Shown here in pieces: positions 60,383-64,000 of a DNA stretch of 64,000 nucleotides (positions are counted from its first letter, which is position 1; every line of letters starts with the position of its first letter). Position numbers and translations under genes: made by a program. Source of the stretch: Octopus bimaculoides (lineage: Eukaryota); assembly GCF_001194135.2 (NCBI RefSeq), contig NC_069008.1, positions 1,546,890 through 1,610,889 on the forward strand. The letters are read 5' to 3'. Under the pieces are notes generated by a model. It ran no database searches and was not told where the DNA came from. It saw nothing but the letters and a program-made list of their open reading frames with translations.

Positions 60383-61342
60383 CTATATATTTTTAAATCT
60401 TGAATGAATATGCACGTGTTTAGTTAAAGTTCTTTGACGATAGAATGATTTTCCACAAATATCACAGGTGTGTGGTTTTCTACCTGTATGAACGCACAGG
60501 TGTGCGATTAAAGTACCTGCCTGAGCAAATGATTTACCACAGACATTACAGTGATATGGCTTTTCCCCCGTATGACTACGCAGGTGTTTAGTTAAAGCAC
60601 TTGAATGAGAGAATGATTTACCACAGAGGTCACAGACATACGGTTTCTCACCTGTGTGGATGCGTTCATGGGTTGTTAAATCATTACTTCGAGAAAACGA
60701 TTTACCACAGATAAGGCAATGGTGTGGCTTCTCCTGTGTATGAGTCTGTTTATGTACTGTCAAGAGATCATTTTGAAAGAATGATTTTCTACAGATATCA
60801 CAACGAAATGGTTTCTCTCCTACATGAATTCGTCTATGTTCAAGTAATGCATTTCTCTGAGAAAATGATTCACCACAGATATCACAGTGACAGGGTTTCT
60901 CTCCAGTATGAATACGTCTGTGAATAATTAACTGGAGATTTCGAATAAATGATTGGCCACAGACATCACAGTGATATGGCTTCTCTCCTGTGTGAAGACG
61001 TTTATGTTTAGTTAATGTACTACCTACAGAGAAAGACTGGCCACAGCTATTACAGTGGAATGGTTTCTCACCTGTATGAATGTGTCTGTGAGTAGTTAAG
61101 GTACTTTTCACAGAGAACGATTTCCCACAAATATCACACCTGTATGGTTTTTCACCTGTATGAATGCGCTTGTGAGTAGTTAAGTTACGTTTTTCAGAGA
61201 AAGATTTATTACAGATATCACACTGATATGGTTTCTCACCTGTATGAGTTCGTATGTGAGTAGTTAATGTGCTATTTCCAGAGAAAGATTTTCCACAGAT
61301 GTCACAATGATATGGCTTCTCACCTGTATGAACACGTTTGTG
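60383..61342 (-). pseudogene. Headless C2H2 array ZNF-I (11 intact fingers, no ATG)
   Basis: The frame is open upstream of the track start (GTG at 61111) to a TAG at 61345-43, adding three more fingers. No Met in the whole frame; it begins mid-finger at a SINE junction. Confidence 0.75.
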
Positions 61343-62290
61343 CTAATGACTGCCTGCTTACTGCCTTTAATAATGATTTCAAATTTTGGCACAGGGCCAG
61401 CAATTTCATGGAAGGGCTTAGATCGACTCCAGTGTTTAACTGGCGTTTATTTTATTGGCCTCGGTGGAATTTGAACTCAGAACGTAAAGATAGACCAGTG
61501 GTTCCCAACCTGTAGTAGTCCGTGAATTATATTAGGCTGCAGTCTAATGACTGAAACAGGGATAAGCATATTAAAAGGGGTCCGTAGGAAAACTCATTTA
61601 AATGAAAGGATTGGGAACCACTGAGATAGATGAAATGTCACTATGCCTTTTAGCCCGGCGTGCTAACGATTCTGTCAGCTTTCTGGCTTTAAAATGATTT
61701 CAGATTTTGGCACAAGGCCAGCAAGTTCGGCGGAGGGGTAAGTCAATTGCATCGACTCCAATTTGCAACTGGCATTTATTTTATCGACCCCGAAAGGATG
61801 GAAGACAAAGTCGGCTTCGGCGGAATTTGAGCTCAGAACAAAGGGACAGACGATATGAGGCTAAGCATTTTGCCCAGCGTGCTAATCTACCAGCTCGCTG
61901 TCTTAATAATCCTTTCTACTATACGCACAAAGCCTAGAATTAGACGGGAGGGGAACAGTCGATTACATCGACTCCAGTGCTTCACTGCTACTTAATCTAT
62001 CGACCCCGAAAGGATGAAAGGCAAAGTCGACCTCGGCAGAATTTGAACGCAAAACGCAGCGGTGGCCGAAATACCGCTAAGCATTCCGTCCAGTGTGCTA
62101 ACCACTGTGCCAGCTCGTCGCCTTAATAATAATCCTTCCTTCCTACTATAGGCACAGAGCCTGAAATTTGTGGGGAGGGGATGAGCCGATCACATCCACC
62201 CTAACACTTGACTGGTGCTTAATTTATCGACTCCGAAGAAATTTGAAGTCAGACCGTAGCGCTAACGATTCTGCTTAGCTCTGACCTGTT
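61339..62290. mobile_element. Tandem array of tRNA-derived SINE family 4 (ttttggcacaaggcc...ggaatttgaactcagaac...gctaagcatt)
   Basis: At least four consecutive copies; dispersed relatives at ~13950, 25325, 29390, 29925, 36040 and 59580. Confidence 0.75.
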
Positions 62291-63748
62291 TGNNNNNNNN
62301 NNNNNNNNNNNNNNNNNNNNNNNNNNNNNNNNNNNNNNNNNNNNNNNNNNNNNNNATATCAGTTTTAAAAAACAATTATGAAAGAGCTACCAAAACGTAC
62401 GTGCTTAACGATACTTTAAGCTGACAGATTTATGAAACATGTCATGTATCACCAAGCAATTTTCGAGTTCTGTTCGTCCGTTAGATATATTTTAATACCA
62501 GGACGCTGGACACTGAGAAAGTGAAAGAAAAAAAAACGAGAGGAAAAAGAAGCAAAAAAAAAGGTTGATGCAAAAAGTGGAACGAGTATAAGGAAAAAAT
62601 TATGAAAACCACGATCGTCCACTTTGATTGTAGAATATAAACAATGTCTGTAATGTTTTTGGCGATCCTTAGTTACTGGTATACAGACTGAAGCATGAGG
62701 AGACAACGTCATTTACCCTGTTTTTCAGACTAGCCCCTTTGTGTCATGCGGTAAGATTGTGTGGGTGAATGATATCGTTTACCAATACCGAAAGATTGCC
62801 ATGTTGTTAAATGTATGGGAAACAAAAACTACGTTTTGTTTTATGACTTACATAAAACTATTAAACTAAAAGAAACATTAATTGGGCCGTTACGCTTGTT
62901 TTCACTTTTAAATATGTAGACTTTTGCTTTGGATTTGAGGCAAATTGGTTGGCTATCTTTCGCATGATGAAGGAGCACGAAAATACTATTTCGTTGATAA
63001 GTAATAATTATTTTTCTGGCAAAATACCTTTTGATTAACGACGGGTTGGATTAATTGAAAGAATGGCATTTCTGACTGGATTAAATTATGCTAGGGACTT
63101 TTAACCTATGTCACCGATATATATTCATCGCTTAGGCAATAATAATTATCTTATATTAAGAGCACATATTAATGTTGGTGGATAACATACGATTGCCTAC
63201 TTGTTTCAGGGTCAGTGTTCTATCACCTTCATCATTAATTAATTTCATCATAAATGAAGTTCGATCGTCGATTGTTTGCAACTCATATGGAAGATCATTG
63301 CACGTACGTTCCAATCGTTAATGTCAAATTGCATCGCCCTATCTTGCAATGATTTACTATTTATGCTANNNNNNNNNNNNNNNNNNNNNNNNNNNNNNNN
63401 NNNNNNNNNNNNNNNNNNNNNNNNNNNNNNNNNNNNNNNNNNNNNNNNNNNNNNNNNNNNNNNNNNNNNNNNNNNNNNNNNNNNNNNNNNNNNNNNNNNN
63501 NNNNNNNNNNNNNNNNNNNNNNNNNNNNNNNNNNNNNNNNNNNNNNNNNNNNNNNNNNNNNNNNNNNNNNNNNNNNNNNNNNNNNNNNNNNNNNNNNNNN
63601 NNNNNNNNNNNNNNNNNNNNNNNNNNNNNNNNNNNNNNNNNNNNNNNNNNNNNNNNNNNNNNNNNNNNNNNNNNNNNNNNNNNNNNNNNNNNNNNNNNNN
63701 NNNNATATTAATACAGAAATTTCTCCGGTTTTTAAGAATTCCTCAAGA

Positions 63749-64000
63749 ATGGAAATGCAGGACATTAATCAGTTGAACACTTCTAACCCGACTGTTCAGA
63801 CCGATACAGAAACAGTTACACAGATATGCAGCGACGAAAAGCCTTTAATTAGTGAAACTAAAGAAAGATTATTGGATAAAAGAAATATTCCTGAATATCG
63901 CTGTGGGATTTGTAGGAAAACATTCTCTTCAAAACATGAAGTTTTAACGCACAAAGAAATACACAAAACAGAGAAACTATATCGATGTGAAATGTGTGAC
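63749..64000 (+). CDS. 5' part of C2H2 zinc-finger gene ZNF-J (subfamily 1), running off the window
   Basis: Manual translation: MEMQDINQLNTSNPTVQTDTETVTQICSDEK...YRCGICRKTFSSKHEVLTHKEIHKTEKLYRCEMCD. The subfamily-1 upstream block recurs at ~63085-63250. Confidence 0.85.
   Translation, partial: MEMQDINQLNTSNPTVQTDTETVTQICSDEKPLISETKERLLDKRNIPEYRCGICRKTFSSKHEVLTHKEIHKTEKLYRCEMCD

Noticed and set aside
10833-60927. Antisense and off-frame ORFs over the ZNF genes (e.g. 10833-11051, 41363-41677, 48931-49512, 55085-55591, 60724-60927)
   Set aside because: Shadow frames produced by the 84-bp finger periodicity; no independent coding signal.
6094-61342. CRISPR-like regularly spaced repeats
   Set aside because: The periodic cacacaggagagaaacc units are TGEKP linker codons within eukaryotic ZNF ORFs.
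14505-63776. Long X-filled ORFs in the track
   Set aside because: They only span N gaps.

Overview
AT-rich, repeat-dense animal genomic DNA with many N gaps. The tandem intron-poor C2H2 zinc-finger genes and the SINE families point to a coleoid cephalopod, most likely Octopus (inference, no database check). The window holds a cluster of ten C2H2-ZNF loci, here labelled A-J. They fall into two subfamilies, each with its own short N-terminal leader and upstream non-coding module: A-E and J with an M(N/T)(M/T)ED(V/I)K-type leader (E itself is headless), and F-H with an MExxLCE...I(N/D)FPD leader; I is headless. Between the subfamilies, on the minus strand (30210-35554), is a single ~5.3-kb exon. 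It encodes a ~1,780-aa coiled-coil protein with six tandem NHL-like beta-propeller modules, broken by 3 in-frame stops and 3 frameshifts. Intergenic DNA contains RTE-LINE, Penelope-like, mariner, Tigger, hAT and Merlin remnants, several MITE families with clean target-site duplications, and many SINEs. Top signals: (1) four sequence-unrelated minimal type-I hammerhead ribozyme motifs, one fused behind a tRNA-like Pol III head and one at the end of a Penelope GIY-YIG ORF; (2) the six-propeller gene; (3) antisense SINEs abutting the last zinc finger of five ZNF loci, often paired with a sense copy. Repeat boundaries are approximate unless a TSD is given.
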